Notes under the pieces: model-generated | What the model was told of the DNA's origin: nothing | The model's input: the letters and a program-made list of their open reading frames with translations, nothing else | Database searches by the model: none | Position numbers and translations under genes: made by a program | Source of the DNA: Pseudomonadota bacterium | GTDB lineage: Bacteria > Bdellovibrionota > FAC87 > UBA2466 | Assembly (NCBI GenBank): GCA_043767805.1 | Contig: JAYUGC010000155.1 | Coordinates: 1 to 24,186, forward strand | Reading direction: 5' to 3' | DNA length: 24,186 bases | Shown: positions 23,522 through 24,186 of the stretch, in pieces | Layout: every line of letters starts with the position of its first letter | Position numbering within the stretch: position 1 is the stretch's first letter

Positions 23522-24186
23522 ATGCTGGTTCGTCGAATCACATATGCCCTGGTCCTGGCTTTACTTGGATCGGCTCAGCCGTCCTTGAGAACCGTGGCGA
23601 GCAATGGAGCGGAAAGCCACGAGCAAACCACCCAAGTTCGCGTGCAGCGTGCCCAGGGCGTCGAGGAAAAGAAAGTGCCCGGCGAAGTAAAGGGAGGCGT
23701 CGTGCGCGCGCTCAGACCCGGCGAAGAGCAGCCCGGCTACTTGGGCTCTACCTATTCCGACGATACGCATTCCTTCTCTAGCTCCGTCCGCACGGGAGCG
23801 ATTTACCTCATGCCCGGTTTCAAAGGCGTGCTCTTTAACGGACAGCTCGCGGTCACGAAGCGTGAGATAAAAGGTCTGTCCGTGATGGTTATGAGTCCCG
23901 ATTCCCGGGACAACCAGATTTTCTCCGCGAACGGCCAGTACGTCATCGATGATGGATTTTTCATTTGTCGTCTAACCGCTTCCGTCGACGTGCTTTATGG
24001 GGCGTTGGGCGGGCTCACCTTTCTAGGTATCGGTGGTGAGAAAGAATGGATCGACGGCCTCAACTACAAGACTACCAATCAGCAATGTTACGGGAAAATT
24101 GAATTGGGCACGGACGAAAAGGGAAATCGCGTCGGCCTTCCCCTGCAAGAAGTTAAAAATTACTGCGAGCGTTGCACGGGCGGCAT
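23522..24186 (+). CDS. Secreted hypothetical protein, truncated by window end
   Basis: GGAG RBS, ATG 23522, MLVRRITYALVLALLGSAQPS...; frame open for 221 codons to the end; absent from the track because it has no stop. Confidence 0.8.
   Translation, partial: MLVRRITYALVLALLGSAQPSLRTVASNGAESHEQTTQVRVQRAQGVEEKKVPGEVKGGVVRALRPGEEQPGYLGSTYSDDTHSFSSSVRTGAIYLMPGFKGVLFNGQLAVTKREIKGLSVMVMSPDSRDNQIFSANGQYVIDDGFFICRLTASVDVLYGALGGLTFLGIGGEKEWIDGLNYKTTNQQCYGKIELGTDEKGNRVGLPLQEVKNYCERCTGG

Overview
Bacterial chromosomal window. A Bdellovibrionota/Oligoflexia-like host is inferred, not shown, from the TIGR02147-type regulator, many exported orphan proteins and several sigma54 motifs. The first ~7.5 kb is an apparently complete 7.4-kb integrative element inserted at the 3' end of a minus-strand tRNA-Pro(UGG) (7521-7593). 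It is bounded by an exact 20-bp att direct repeat (107-126 / 7519-7538) and a second exact 20-bp arm-type repeat (239-258 / 7446-7465). Its core module runs small membrane/coiled-coil protein > Replic_Relax (MOB_C-like PD-(D/E)XK) protein > GC-rich hairpin > HTH excisionase > tyrosine integrase. A consensus sigma54 promoter and a cluster of CCGGACA-type inverted repeats precede this module. No coupling protein, T4SS, primase or enhancer-binding activator is recognisable in the element. Cargo: a DUF6516(TumE)/HVO_A0114-type toxin-antitoxin-like pair, a TIGR02147/DUF4423 regulator divergent from a secreted protein and a metzincin lipoprotein, and a chimeric pseudogene in which 47 bp of the element's own integrase is joined to a second, frameshifted TIGR02147 C-terminus. 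The remaining ~16.5 kb looks like host backbone rich in envelope/exported proteins: MMPL/RND transporter, a signal-peptide protein with carboxylate-amine-ligase-like motifs, SGNH hydrolase, PsiF-like protein, Tat flavin amine oxidase, OmpA/Pal-like lipoprotein, triple DUF1036, DUF1415, SDR, 2Fe-2S ferredoxin, MBL hydrolase, PA2779/PA2778 pair, YaeQ and a truncated secreted protein. All family calls come from motif recognition by eye; no searches were run.
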